A DNA stretch of 64,000 bases from Squalus acanthias (GCA_030390025.1 CM059432.1:132496001-132560000), one strand, 5' to 3'; shown: positions 12,050-24,960, counted from the first letter of the stretch. Numbers and translations: made by a program. The notes: generated by a model not told the origin, from the sequence alone.

Positions 12050-12360
12050 TGGAGATGGTGTCTTTTGGATGAGATGTTAATCCGAGGCTCCGTCTGTCTA
12101 TTTTCTGGATGTAAAAGGTGCCACAGCACTAATTGAAGAAGAGCTGGGATGTGTCCTGTTTAACTTTTCTCCATCAAATGCAAATTAACTGTTTACTCAT
12201 CTCATTTGCTATTTCTGGGATCTTTCTATACACAAATTGGCTGCTATATTTGCCTACGTAACCATAGCGATTACTCTTCAAAAAGTAATTGATTGATTGG
12301 AAGGACTTTGGGATTCTTAAGGTCATGATGCTGCGCTCCATAAATGCAGGATCCTTCCTT
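12050..12360 (+). mobile_element. diverged Deu-domain SINE
   Basis: ggatgagatgttaatccgagg...taaaag core and ataaatgcag tail. Confidence 0.7.
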
Positions 12361-12817
12361 AGTTCATACGTGCTGTTGAGATCCACACTAGGTTTTACAT
12401 GTATGATTAATCTGTCACTGAATCCCCACCTTCACCGGTTGATCTGTGAGTTAAAGGAACACTAAATTCCTTCTCCAACCTTGCCTGAAAACAATCCAGC
12501 AGTGCTATTAATGCCTCTATAATCCTCAGTCCCACTTCTCAACATATCCAGCCCGCTTTAAAAGGTATTAGTTGACCCTGAATCAACTACCTTCTCTGAG
12601 AGTCTGTTCCACATATCTGCTAACCTGTGGGAAAAATATTTTCTAATCCTTAACCTCCCTTAAAGTATCTAATTTTATACTTGTGTCCCTTACTTCAACT
12701 TTCAAAGTTACTCAAGTTAAATAGCTTGCTTACTTCAACCTTATCTATATTTTTCATTATTTTAAAGATTTGGTTATCAGTCGGAAATTTTGCTTTCACA
12801 TAAAAAGAAAATCCAGA

Positions 12818-13432
12818 AAGAACGAAAGCTACATTTATATAGCACCTTTCATGACCTCAAGACATTGCAAAGCGCTTGACTTTATATATTTGGAATTCTC
12901 TACCCAGAGGGCAGTGGATGCTCAGTCGTTGAGTATATTCAAGACAGGGATCGATAGACTTTTGGATTCTAGGGGAATCAAGGGATATGGGGATCGGGCG
13001 GGAAAGTGGTGTTAAGGTAGAAGTTCAGCCATGATCTTATTGAATGGCGGAGCAGGCTCGAGGGGTCGAATGGCCTACTCCTGCTCTTATTTCTTATGTT
13101 CTTATGTTTACAGTCAATGAAATACTTTTGAAGTGTAGTCACTGTTGTAATGTAGGAAATGTGGAAGCCAATTTGCGCACAGCAAGCTCCCACAAACAGC
13201 AAAGTGATAATGACCAGATAATCTGTTTTTAGGTCTTGGTTGAGGGATAAAGATTGGCCAGGAAACCGGGGAGAACTCCCCTGCTCTTCTTCAAATAGTG
13301 GCATGGGATCTTTTACACCTACCCGAGAGGGCCTCGGTTTAACGTCTCATCCAAAAGACAGCACCTCCAACAGTGCAACACTCCCTCAGTACTGCACTGG
13401 AGTGTTGGCCTAGATTATATGCTCAAGTCTCT
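12818..13432 (-). mobile_element. Deu-domain SINE interrupted by a CR1 3' end (about 12888-13106, plus strand)
   Basis: SINE tail at 12818-12875, SINE resumes at 13107 with ggtttaacgtctcatcc core. The insert carries the CR1 3' UTR and TTCTTATG tail. Confidence 0.85.
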
Positions 13433-14619
13433 GTTAGTTTGACAGAAAAAAAATCTCACGCCTTCAAAAAAAGCGTTGCTTTTTTTATCACTTTATTGGT
13501 TGCTGGGCCACGGACGCAGAAATAAATTAGTGTTATGGTGGGACTTCTGTAACATTTCTTACTGGCTCCCTGCCTTGCTGCCTTCCACTGTCAGGCTCCT
13601 TAAACATAAGTGGCCTGGGGCAGATACATGCATCCTTTAAGATTTGGTCGGCCACTTAGGGGGTTTCCTGGAACGGCTTTTCAAATTTGCTGTTGGTTCT
13701 TGTGAAAATTCGTCCCGCCCTCAACTTGTTCTCTTCAGAGGAGCAATGTTTGGCCAAGCAACGGAATTCTAAATGCCAACAGAACTTTTCATCAGAGCAG
13801 CATACGTTTTAAAAATCCTGAAAATGTTTGAATCCCACACGATTTTGAAAGTCAGGCATCAAAACCTCCGCAGACCGCCAACAAAGTGAAGGAAGGTTTC
13901 CATACATGTGAAGACCGAAGAGTCGATGGTTGTGCGGCCTGCATAGAAGGTAATTTTCTCCAAATGTTCACTCTTGTCATCACTTCATTAACTGGTTTCT
14001 TTAACTTACACTTTATCAATCAGGGAATGCCAATGGGCTGGCATCTGAACGATACGTTTGATGCTTCAAATGCCTCGGTGTTCAGTTCCGAAACAATGCA
14101 GTTAGCAGAGCACATCCAATTTACTGCAAGCAAATGTGCGCGAGTAGCCGTGTTTTTAACTATTTGAAACATGGAACGCCGCCAAAGCACCCTGTCTGTT
14201 ATGAGAAGGGCTCGGGGTCAAGAGGTCAGGAACACTAATGACAAAATTAGGCCATGCTTTTGACCCCAACTGTCTTGAGTTGTGAAACTAAATTCCAGTC
14301 TCCTTTCACCCTGAATTTATCTTTGTTTTACACATCTGATGCTAATCAGATTATCATACAGGTGCATAAAGTATAAACTATCCTCTCCACTTAGCGCACA
14401 ACATGGAGCCTGGCTTGCCTGTTGATGCAACAAAAGGCGTTGATTCTCTTTTAATCTTTTGTATGCGTGTGTTTTTATTTTGTTGAATTCTTCACTTTAC
14501 CACTTTGCCCCTTTTTGCCTTGAAGTGTCCTACACACAGAGGGGGCATCTCGAACAAAGCTGTGTCTGCTAGTGTATTATAAAGTCATGGTTTATTGGTG
14601 AGGGAGCTACTGACACTGC

Positions 14620-15221
14620 GGCCTGGAAATTGGACCGTGCCCGAATTGGGGCGCGATCCCGGTGCAGCGCAGGTACCCAGTGAGGCTGGCAAATTGGTCC
14701 ACTGGCCTTATTAGGATAGTACCAGCGAGCTGCGGGTGTCAGTCATGGCCCCAGAGGTTATCTGGGATACCAACCCAGGGCCTCAGGTGAGCCCGGTTCG
14801 GCAGGTGTGGGGGGGCGGGGCGGGGGGGGCGTTGTGGAGGCAATCAGGGGGGGGGGGCGAGAGGTGACCAGCAGTGGCCTGCGGTTTTAGGTAAGTATTT
14901 TTTTAAAAGACTTACCTTTCTGGTGGTGGCCTCTAACGGTCCCTTTAAGGACCACTGGTTAGACCATACATTGCCCTGGTAGTCCTGAAGAGAACCAATT
15001 TCCGGTTGGAGTTCTAAAACAGGTGTCCGGCCTATTATGAGCATATTCAAGGGGCCCAACGCCTGCTTTAGGAGGCTGCCAGGGACGCCTGTACAGCGCT
15101 CAAACCTTTATGGCGTCAGACGTGCTTCCGAGGCTGTTCGGGCGCGGGAGTTTGACCCCTTAAATTGAACCTCTTGGCCCTCTATCTGGAAACCGGCGCG
15201 ATGAGGTCCAGTATCTACCCC
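14620..15221. mobile_element. Harbinger-type MITE
   Basis: GC-rich block with ends GGCCTGGAAATTGGACC / GGTCCAGTATCTACCCC. Imperfect TSD tgc/agc. Confidence 0.7.
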
Positions 15222-15617
15222 AGCAAATCATACCAGTGAACTAACAAAGAGCATTACAAAGGGGCCCGCTCTATCAATAAACATGTAATGCTGAATAATC
15301 GTGTTGCGGATTCATATTTCCAGTGAAGGCATTGCATCACAGAAAATTCGGCACAAGAGCCGCTGTTTATTAGAGATACATTTTTAGAATATAAGAATAA
15401 CAGTCTTGTTAAAATGTTGAGATAGCTACAGAATAGTACAATTGTATAGCTTCCTGATAGCAATCACATTTGCTGGGTAAATAAAATATTGCAGATGCAG
15501 CAATATAAATTCTGCGTGTATGTTTAACCGATGAAACCTCCATTTTTTAAACATCTCTGCACGAGTGGTTGACATCTGCTGAAACTGGCACACTTTGGGT
15601 TTTTGTGCAGAGTCAAT

Positions 15618-15739
15618 GGGGGTAATTTTCAACCTTGCCACCCAGCCAGTAACCTGACGGAATGGCTTGCCTGCCCGTTGGAGAACCCGCCCGAGGTTCA
15701 TCCTGTTGAGTTCAGGCGGCCGAGTTGAAAATGACCCCC
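15618..15739. mobile_element. about 120-bp mini-MITE
   Basis: TIRs GGGGGTAATTTTCAAC / GTTGAAAATGACCCCC. Confidence 0.75.
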
Positions 15740-15861
15740 GAATGACCCTGCACTCAAAAGTCACATGACATGGCATGGTTCAAATGACTACAATCAAACT
15801 AATTTGCTCTTAACTCAAGGGAGCAATTGTATAATTGACAGCTCCACACAGTCTTGTTGGA

Positions 15862-15968
15862 GAACTGAAATAAAAACAGAAAATGCTGGAAATACTCAGC
15901 AGGTCAGGCAGCATCTGTGGAGAGAGAAACAGAGTTAACGTTTCAGGTCGATGACCTCTCGGCAGAAC
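15862..15968 (-). mobile_element. solo PLE terminal-repeat fragment with hammerhead motif (15933-15969, A6>C)
   Basis: Reverse-complement match to 11375-11478. Minus strand AGUU-CUGCCGA-G-AGGUC-AUC-GACCU-GAAA-CGUU-AACU. Flanking TGTTGGA repeat (15855-15861, 15969-15975). Confidence 0.85.
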
Positions 15969-16296
15969 TGTTGGACAATTATTTGGTCACCCAGTAGCAT
16001 TTGTTGAGAATGGATTAATCCTTTCAAAATTACAGATTTTATTTTGGGGGGGCGGGGTGATGAGGGGAGAGGCAATAAGTTTGCTCCCATCTTGGTAAGG
16101 GATATCTTTACTCAGAAATTTAATCCAGTGTCAAGACTGAGCACTCACAATCTATGAATTATATATAAAGTACAATCTTCCCAAGGTGGATTCTCCTCAG
16201 GTTTCCCACCCAAGTAACCACTGACTCACTGCAGCAGCTCTGCTTGACGATTCCCAGCCTGGGCTCCCAGCATGTCCCGCATCTAACCCCATGTCG

Positions 16297-17892
16297 AATC
16301 ATAGAATCATAAGATGGTTACAGCACGGAAGGAGGCCATTCAGCCCGTCGAGCCCGTGCCGGCTCTCTGCAAGAGCACTTCAGCTAGTCCCACTCCCCCG
16401 CCCTTTCCCCCTAGCCCTGCAATTTTTTTTCCTTCAGGTACTTATCCAATTCCCTTTTGAAAGCCGTGATTGAATCTGCCTCCACCACCCTTTCAGGCAG
16501 TGCATTCCAGATCCTAACCACTCGCTGAGTAAAAAAGTTTTCCTCATGTCGCCTTTGGTTCTTTTGCCAATCACCTTAAATCTGTGTCCTCTGGTTCTCG
16601 ACCCTTCCACCAATGGGAGCAGTTTCTCTCCACTCTGTCTAGATCCCTCATGATTTTGAACACCTCTATCAAATCTCCTCTCAATCTTCTCTGCTCTAAG
16701 GAGAACAACCCCAGCTTCTCCAATCTATCCACGTAACTGAAGTCCCTCATCCCTGGAATCATTCTCGTAAATCGTTTCTGCACCCTCTCTAAGGCCTTCA
16801 CATCCTTCCTAAAGTGCGATGCCCAGAATTGGACACAATACTCCAGTTGAGGCCGAACCAGTGTTTTATAAAGGTTCATCATAACTTCCTTGCTTTTGTA
16901 CTCTATGGGCTGGATTTTGATACTGGGGCGGGTTGGGGTCGTGTTTTCCACTTTTCGTGTTATCCACCCGACTGCAATTGGATGTGGGAGATTGATGCGA
17001 TTTTCGCCTAATTGGGCAATTGAGTTCCAGCATGTGGGAACCCATGAACCAATTAGTGTTTCCAGTCTGAAAGTCGCCTCTGATGATGTCATCATTGCTG
17101 CTGCATTGAAGGTCTGCAAAGACTGCCTGGCCTTTGCTGTGAGAGGACTTGGATGCAAAATGAGCAGCAGCAGCCCTAAGTCTGCTCCCAGATATTTTTG
17201 CACCACCACTCCCAGATATGTCTCCTCCTCATCCATCCATCCATCCATCCAGATATGTCTCCTCCTCAGCCGGCCGTGCTCCCGCCAGGTTTCACATTCG
17301 TGGTTCAGAACAGGCGTGCTTCACGTAGAACAAGGGTTAAAATCACAAAGGCCTTTCAAAATGGCATTATAGAGGCAATTTAGTGCTTGTTAAGGGCTTA
17401 ACAGCCTATCCCGCCTCTTAGAGGCGGGACGGAGTCGGGACCAGCAGACACGATTTAATGAAAATTGCGTGGAGGCGGGATGGAGGCGGGCTTGTGCCCG
17501 CCCGCCAGTTTTCGCAATTTTAACCCCCCCACATACCTCCAAAACCACCTCCACGGGTCAATGAAAATCCAGCCCTATGCCTCTATTTATAAAGCCCAGG
17601 ATCCCGTATGCTATTTTAACCGCTTTCTCAACCTGCCCTGCCACCTTCAACGATTTGTGCACATATACCCCCAGGTCTCCCTGTTCATGCACCCCCTTTA
17701 GAATTGTACCTTTGAGTTTATATTTCCTCTTTTCATTCTTTCTACCAAAATGTATCACTCGCACTTTTCTGTGTTAAATTTCATGTGCCACGTGTCTGCC
17801 CATTTCACCAGCCTGTCTATGTCCTCTTGAAGTCTATCACTATCCTCCTCACTGTTCACTGTACTTCCAAGTTTTGTGTCATCTGCAAATAG
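16297..17892 (-). mobile_element. CR1 LINE 3' fragment with nested MITE
   Basis: [42 protein letters not shown]. (ATTCTATG)n tail near 16297-16312. Confidence 0.95.
16907..17575 (+). mobile_element. Harbinger-type MITE
   Basis: Perfect 12-bp TIR GGGCTGGATTTT / AAAATCCAGCCC, TSD TAT (16904-16906, 17576-17578). Removing it restores the CR1 sequence. Confidence 0.92.
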
Positions 17893-18338
17893 TGTGGGTC
17901 CCCCATTGCGACCTCGGCCCCCCCCCCCATTGCGACCTCGGCCCCCCCCCCATTGCGACCTCGGCCCCCCCCCCATTGCGACCTCGACTCCCCCATTGCG
18001 ACCTCGACCCTCCTGATCGCCACCACTGCCCCTTCCCTGATCCTGGCCAATGTTCCCCATTGATTCTGGACTCTGCTCTCTCCTATCATCGCCGTCCGTT
18101 ACCCTCCCTTCCCGATCGCCCCGCTTCCCCTTTGATGACCTATTTGAGGGTGTCGTGGGGGGCTGATCTTCGAGTCCTCTTCACCTGCGAGCTGCCTCGG
18201 GACACCAATTAGGTGTCTGCAGCTCGCTGAATCGATGATAATGAGATCCAAGGCCAATATCACGTGCGCCTCGGGCCTATCCATTCAGGTGCGGGTATTA
18301 TTCCCCATGTCCCCTGGGCGTGGTCAAATTTCTAGGCC
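17893..18338. mobile_element. truncated MITE with tandem CCCATTGCGACCTCG repeats (about 17902-18010)
   Basis: Five CCATTGCGACCTCG units. Terminus AAATTTCTAGGCC. Confidence 0.65.
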
Positions 18339-18344
18339 AGTATC

Positions 18345-18478
18345 TCTGACAGTGCAGCACTCCCTCAGTATTACACCGAAATGTCAGTCTAGATTATGTA
18401 CTTGGACCTGGGTGTGGGTCTTGAACCCACAGCCTTCTGACTTAGAAGGAAGAATGTTCCAACTGAGTTGAGGCTGAC
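18345..18478 (-). mobile_element. tRNA-derived SINE head fragment
   Basis: cagtgcagcactccctcagt... and B-box GGGTTCAAGACCC on the minus strand. Confidence 0.7.
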
Positions 18479-19210
18479 AAAGTTTCAGTCCTGGCTGGGC
18501 CCTAGTCCAATCATCTCTCAGTCCTCTAGCCCTCTCACCTTCAAGACTACCTGTGTGCAATGCCATGGGAGATTGATTATTTATATCTGTATCTATATCT
18601 CTACCTGTGTATCTATCGTCGAGTTACGCCGGTCTACAGCACAGAAATAGGCCATTTGGCCCAACTGGTCGATGCCACCATTTAGATTCCACATGAGCCT
18701 CCTCCCACACCTCTTCATCTCAGCCTATCAGCATATCCTTCTATTCCTTTCTCCCTGATGTACCATTTATTAGTATATCTTTGTTGGTGTCATTCTGCTC
18801 TGAAGTCTGACTAACTGGTATGGAGTGTGTTTTTTCCCCCTTATTATGGGTGTCATGCACTTGTTGTCACCAGCTACTGCGTTTGCTGCTGGTTTTTATT
18901 GTCTCCAGAGATGCTCAGTTCTGAAGGGGAAATAATGCCTCAAATACCGATTCTGTTGATTTTCCAGTACACAGCTGACTGCCAGCTTTGTGGAAATTAA
19001 GGTTTGTGATGGCATCATACTGGTTGTTGGAGGAAAGGTTGATGAGCCTTTTAACTATGGTGGCATCTTCTATTGCATTTCAAAAATGTCAAGCGAATTT
19101 TCGATTGAGTAGGTCAAGGTGCCAGTTATATGCATGATCAGCTGAGTGTTGAGGTCTTGAGGAATCAACAAGAGCAACAACAACAGCTTGCATTTATATA
19201 GCACCTTTAA

Positions 19211-19380
19211 TGGCCGGCCAGGAGAGCATTGGAATAGTCAAGTTTGCAGGTAACAAAGGCATGGATGAGGGTTTCAGCAGCAGAGCTGAGGCAGGGGCGG
19301 ACATGGGGCGGTAGAATTAGGCGGTCTTGGTGATGGAGCGGATATGGGGTTGGAAGCTCATCTCGGGGCCAAATAGGATG
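19211..19380 (-). mobile_element. L2 LINE fragment
   Basis: Minus strand encodes AETLIHAFVTCKLDYSNALLAG, typical of the L2 ORF2 C-terminus. Confidence 0.8.
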
Positions 19381-20879
19381 AATGATGAATCAATAAAGTT
19401 GAACACTTGTGGGACGTTGCCTGGCTTTCACATCAAGGTGCTGTGAGTGGTTGAGGTCATGCTTTGGTGTCCATGGCATACTCATCTGAACCTTTGGGTG
19501 GCGGGGAGAGGGTGAGAGGTCATCAACTGCTGTTGAATCACGCATTCCAAGGGCAAGCCACCAAGTAGGTGAAAGATTGCATCTGCATGAGTCACATGAA
19601 TGTTCTTGCCATGGTATTGTTTGCCCAGTTTCTACAGGATTATCCAGCTCACTTTCAGAATGTTGTTTGGTGCACAAGTTACATCAGCAAAGAAGACTAG
19701 AACAGCTTCGTAATGCTTCTTCTGGGCTTTCAGTTGGGATATCTGCCGTCTCTACTGCTAGATGAGGAGTGTTTCAGGAGCTGCGTACGAGATGAGATCT
19801 TCTTCGTGCTGAGAGTTAGCCTGATTCCACTGCTGTAGGAGATGTCAGTGAGGACTGTGTTCCAGGACCTTCTACTGTCCCTGAGGTGTCTGAACTGGGT
19901 GTAAGGTTCCATTAAGGAAATTGGTCTGTCCAGGTTATGACAGGTGAGGTTCCTAGAGGGTCTGAAGGCAGACTTGAGGACATTCTTCATGGAGAAAGTA
20001 GAAAATCAAGAGCTCATGAAGGGCGATTAAGATGGAGGAGTTGAGTGAAGAGACACTTGAACAAGTATGTGTTACTAAGCATATTGAGGAATGAGAAAGA
20101 TGTGCATGGCAGGTCTTCCAGAACCATTGCATCGCATCACTAGAACTATTTCTTTCAATTACAATGACATACCACATTCTAACAATGTTATTTTTACAAT
20201 ATTTTCTAATGGGGATCTGATCATTGACAGTGCAATGCTCCCACTGCACCAGAAATTGCTACCATTATGCCTGGTGATGGAAGTAAGTTGGATGTTACAA
20301 ATTGTTTTCAATAAAGAAGGTAAAATTTGACGTATCAATGAGATACGTGGTGCTCATGATCCTTTGATACATGTACTCCTTTTCCCTCATGGAGAGGAGC
20401 TTTTGAGGTTGGGAATAGAACGTGGTAATTCTGCAGCTGCATCGCCCCGCACTACTGTTATGGCGATGAAGTTTTATTCACATCAATTACAGGTTCACGA
20501 TTGAATCGTGTACGTCAATGCTGCCGATCCACACTATTTCCTGCCCCTCCCCCAATAACAGTGAGCTCCTGCAAGTTGGTCCAATCCTGCTTGTGAGCTC
20601 GCTGTGCATACATAATGAGGTTGATATTGGGGAATAGGACGATGCTGGCCTGGGATGATGTTAGCGAGTGCTAAGCTTCTGTATTGAGGTTGTAAGATGG
20701 GCCCTTGTATCATGATATGAGCCCAGAGATGACTGTTGCCGATATTAGTGGATGAATGCTTAACACACTTACAAGACATTCCTCTATTTGCTATTTTTGA
20801 GGAAGTGTTAACCCATTTATCCCTCTACTGGTAAAGCTACTGCATTCTCCCGACATCAGCATTGGAATTGTCTCCCACC

Positions 20880-21045
20880 CCCACGCATACAACGGTCGTA
20901 CACACGCACATGTACACTAACTAATACACGCGCATGTGCATACACAAATACACGCTCGCACACACATGTACACACGCATGTACACTGACAAATACACATA
21001 CATGTGCATATACAAATACACACACATACATATGCTCGTGCCCAC
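20880..21045. repeat. CA-rich degenerate simple repeat
   Basis: Alternating purine/pyrimidine tract with an internal duplicated block (acacgca..tgtacact..aatacac). Confidence 0.8.
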
Positions 21046-22259
21046 TTAAAAACATAAGATTGCCTGAGAGAAAGTGACTCAGCATCATGAAGTAGGTAGA
21101 AGCAAGTGAGTATTACATAGAATTATAGAGAAATGACAACTTGAATTCAGGCCATTCAGCCCAACTGGCCTGTGTTGGCATTTATCCTATTCCCAGGTGT
21201 CTACTCTGTTCCTATTTCCCTTCATTTTCATTTTTTTTTAAACTGAGGATGCTACGGATGACACCATTACTTTTTACGGAATTAAAATATTTTATCAGGT
21301 TATAATAAGCTTGGGTGGCAGGTTCTTAAAGGGATCCTACTGCACTCCAATCTGAGGACCTTCAGGAGTTCTGATCATCCAGTTCCTTTCTATTGATTTC
21401 TTGTGAGCGTTTCAACATATTTTATTCTGGAATGAGGGACCTTAAGGTAATTAAAGCATTTGGCTGGGGGTGGGGGGGTTATAGTTTAGGTAATTGGGTG
21501 AACAAATTGGAGGCAAAGATTAATGTGTCACCGTGGTGAACAATAACCTGTGGAATGGTGAAATGTAGTTTAATTACTCACCTTATCGAATTACTGGTTT
21601 CAGTTATGCTTCTGTGTGGAGGCACCAAGTGAAGCGATGGGGGAGGCAGGGTAGTTACTGTTATCAAGTTGATTTTCCTTTTTATTGTTGCCTGTTCTTT
21701 TAAATGTGTCTTTTTGACATTCCTGTGGCCCACATAGGAGGCATTATTTTGTGCACAATAGCACATTCCTCGATCCCTCTAAATCCAACTGCCACATTTT
21801 GATAATTCCTGCCCATTTGTGCAAATATTGTCTGGGACGGATATTGTCTCCACCACCCCCCTGACTGGCTTAACTTTTATCAATTCCCCGGCTCTGATCC
21901 TCCTCCGATATCGTAATCCCTTGTGTCTATGTGAAACCTTTTCCAATCCTTTGGCAGCCAGTTTCTATCAATTCAATCCTTCATGTTATGAGTGCACCTA
22001 CGTTTCCAGGTGGCATGTTGCCCCTAAGGTTAGTGACAGGAATAGTAAGCTACGGGTGGAACTCAGGATATGCGGTATTAGTAAGTGAACTTTATCTCAT
22101 TTGCACCATGAAGACGTCAACGCAAAAAATGGTTTAATGCCTTTGTTAAAATAGTCTGCAACGGAACGTCGTGCGAACGTGTTAACGAGCTCGTTGCTGA
22201 TATCACTCATCAAGCCATTGGCCTAATACATTGCAACAGGGCCTGCATTCAGAAGGGCC

Positions 22260-22335
22260 TCATTGGTTGTAAAGTGCTTTGGGACGTCCTGAGGTCATGA
22301 AAGGCGCTATAGAAATGCAAGTCCTTTCTTTTCTT
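22260..22335 (+). mobile_element. SINE 3' tail fragment
   Basis: cattggttgtaaagtgctttgggacgtcctgagg...atgcaagt. Confidence 0.8.
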
Positions 22336-23975
22336 ACTTTGTAAATGTAGCCAGATAATTCGCAGCCGCAACAATACAACTGGAAGCTGAAGCATGACTG
22401 AGCTCCACTGAACGTTATGGCAAGGACATGAAATACATAATTAAGAAGCATTGGTCAAAGCTGCTCGAAATCCAATGTCCTCTATCACTAGAATTTTCTT
22501 GCATTGTCAGACAGTCGAATGGCTTTTGTTTTTTATCCTTTCTATTGAAACAGACGCCATCAGAGGGAGGACAAGTGTAACCCACCCCTCCAAATGACAA
22601 TCATTTCCAAACAGCCACATCCCCCAACACTTTTGAGTTTTATTTTCCCGCCCAGCTAGAATGAAATGTACCTTTTCAAAATGCCAAAGTCCATTAATTG
22701 ACGCCGTGCGCAGCCTACACGTGCCCTGCACTTTCACCCAGGTAACGTGGGCACTTTTACTGCCAGCGCTAAGATCAACCAGTAAAGCAGATCGCATCCC
22801 ATCACAGCCTGTGCCAGAAAGCCAATTGCTTATCATTCCAGTCACCTTCAGGAAATTTAATGTGGAACAAATGGCAACAGAGATACATTTACAATTCAGA
22901 TGATATTTCTTAGCTAGAGAGATTCACATTTAAGACACACTGATATAATTTATTCCGGAGCCTGCCTCAGTCACTTATGCTGCAAAAAGATCATTATGTC
23001 AAGTGACATTGTTAAAAAATAAAGTTTATCATCATTATCAAAATGAAGTCATTTGCCATCTTTGACACACACTTAAACATATCAAGCACCTGCCCACTCA
23101 TTTGTTTTGCCTGGTTACAGAGACGCATTAGTCTTTGCTCAACTTTACAGCCATTACACTGAAGTCTAATGTTTCCCTTTCCATAAATCATAAGATATAA
23201 GCTACTGGTAGCAGCTAAAGCGGGAATAATCATTAGCCAACCCTGCCTACAGCAGTAAGCCCTGTGTTCCAGAAGAGAAAAAAAATGGTCATGCTTCCTT
23301 GAAACCAGTAATGATGTTTAATGTAACAATGGCCTGCTCAATGAGGCTGACAGCAACCAGCCAACAGTGTGACAAGGCAGCCACTATTCTGTGTGCACTG
23401 CTCACTCCATAACATGTCTTTTACCCTTCAGGTAGTCAGCGGGAAAGGAGACAAGACCAGGCGGACCTGACGGAGTTTTTTTTTGCTTCACTTTCCCTCA
23501 TCTAATTCTCCCTCGATGGCCCATTATTTTAGCTCCAGCTTGAAGCAGGACTTTCAAAGTGGTGCTCTCGTAAAATGCGGTGGCCTGGCTATGTGGAAGG
23601 TGCTGCGTGGAAGGCGTAAACCTGTCCCAGATGCTATTGCCGCTTCACTTTTGAATTGTTCTGGCTGAGGCTGAAGTTATGCCTGGCGCTGTCTGCTGTG
23701 TAGCGTTTGACTATTTAACTTTGGCTGTTGTTATTGATTAAACCGGTTTTTCCAAAGATGAATTATCCTGCCATGGCACAGAATATTCTGATGGAACTAA
23801 ACTTAAAAATTGTAATAGAATAATATTGAGTCAGCCAGTCACGTCTAGAGGGGATAATGACAAATGACCAAAGCTACTGGCTTTCCATTTCATGGGAACA
23901 CAAACGGAATTCCAGAATGTGATCCCTAAAACACTTTTGAATCCCGTGTAACAATCGCAGAGTTTGACTTATTCA

Positions 23976-24191
23976 ATAGCAAAATACTGCGGATGCTGGA
24001 AATCTGAAATAACAACAGAAAATGCTGGAAATACTCAGCAGGCCAGGCAGCATCCGTGGAGAGAGAAACAGAGTTAACGTTTCAGGTCTGTGACCCTTGA
24101 AGGGTCACAGACCTGAAACGTTAACTCTGTTTCTCTCTCCACGGATGTTGCCTGGCCTGCTGAGTGTTTCCTGCATTTTCTGTTGTTATTA
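23976..24191. mobile_element. palindromic (head-to-head) PLE terminal-repeat insertion
   Basis: Inverted arms of about 91 bp (24008-24098 / 24100-24190) centred on 24099. 18-bp TSD CAGAGTTTGACTTATTCA (23958-23975, 24192-24209). Arms match 11385-11476. Confidence 0.92.
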
Positions 24192-24809
24192 CAGAGTTTG
24201 ACTTATTCAGTCACGATACACCAACAGCCCTGCTGGTTCAGTTAAACCGAACCTTCCTTCCTCATATTGGTCAAAAGTAGAACCCTGGATGTTCGGTCCT
24301 TGTCAGTTTTTAGCTTCCCAAGCTGGCTCCGTCTGGATGGGGGAACGAGGTACCGATGAAGCAGAACAAGGCAGCATGAAACAAGCAGAGAGGAAACAAT
24401 TCAAACGCATCTTTTGACTAATAACGGGACTGTGAGAAGCCGGGAATAATCCATCCCAGCGTGGTAATTTGGCACATGTGATCAAGTGCCCTTGGCTTCA
24501 GCGGGAATGGAGATTCTCAGTGTGGCCACTGCCTGCAACTGAATCATATAACTAACATAATAATCAGCCCAATTAATAAAACAATTACATTTATCAATCA
24601 CTAAGCAAACTGGATCAGTTAAACGGGGCTTGGTATAACAAGATTATCAACCAATGTGTTGCTTTCAGAACCTTAAATGGAATTTATTCACCGCCCCCAA
24701 GACTGCAGCCTAGCATCTACTTAGCAACGGTATAAGCAGCTGAAGCTTTAATGGATTGGTGTGACATTTTTCTATCTCCTGCTTTAATGGTTGTGTTAAC
24801 TTACTTATT

Positions 24810-24960
24810 TTAAGTATATTTGGACATATACTTAAAAAGGAAAAAATTGCAGGGCTATGGGAACAGAACAGAAGAGTGGAATTAATTGGTAACTCTTTCA
24901 GGGAACCAGCAAAGGCATGATAGCCCGAATGGCCTCCTACTGTGCTGTATGATTCCGTGA
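24810..24960 (+). mobile_element. CR1 3' UTR fragment
   Basis: ttgcagggctatggg...cgaatggcctcct...tatgattc. Confidence 0.7.

Noticed and set aside
13856..13949. Possible exon ending AAG|GTAATT
   Set aside because: Weak acceptor and no recognisable peptide.
16890..17372. Similar ORFs 16890..17372 and 51986..52363
   Set aside because: Translations of the same MITE family, crossing microsatellites.
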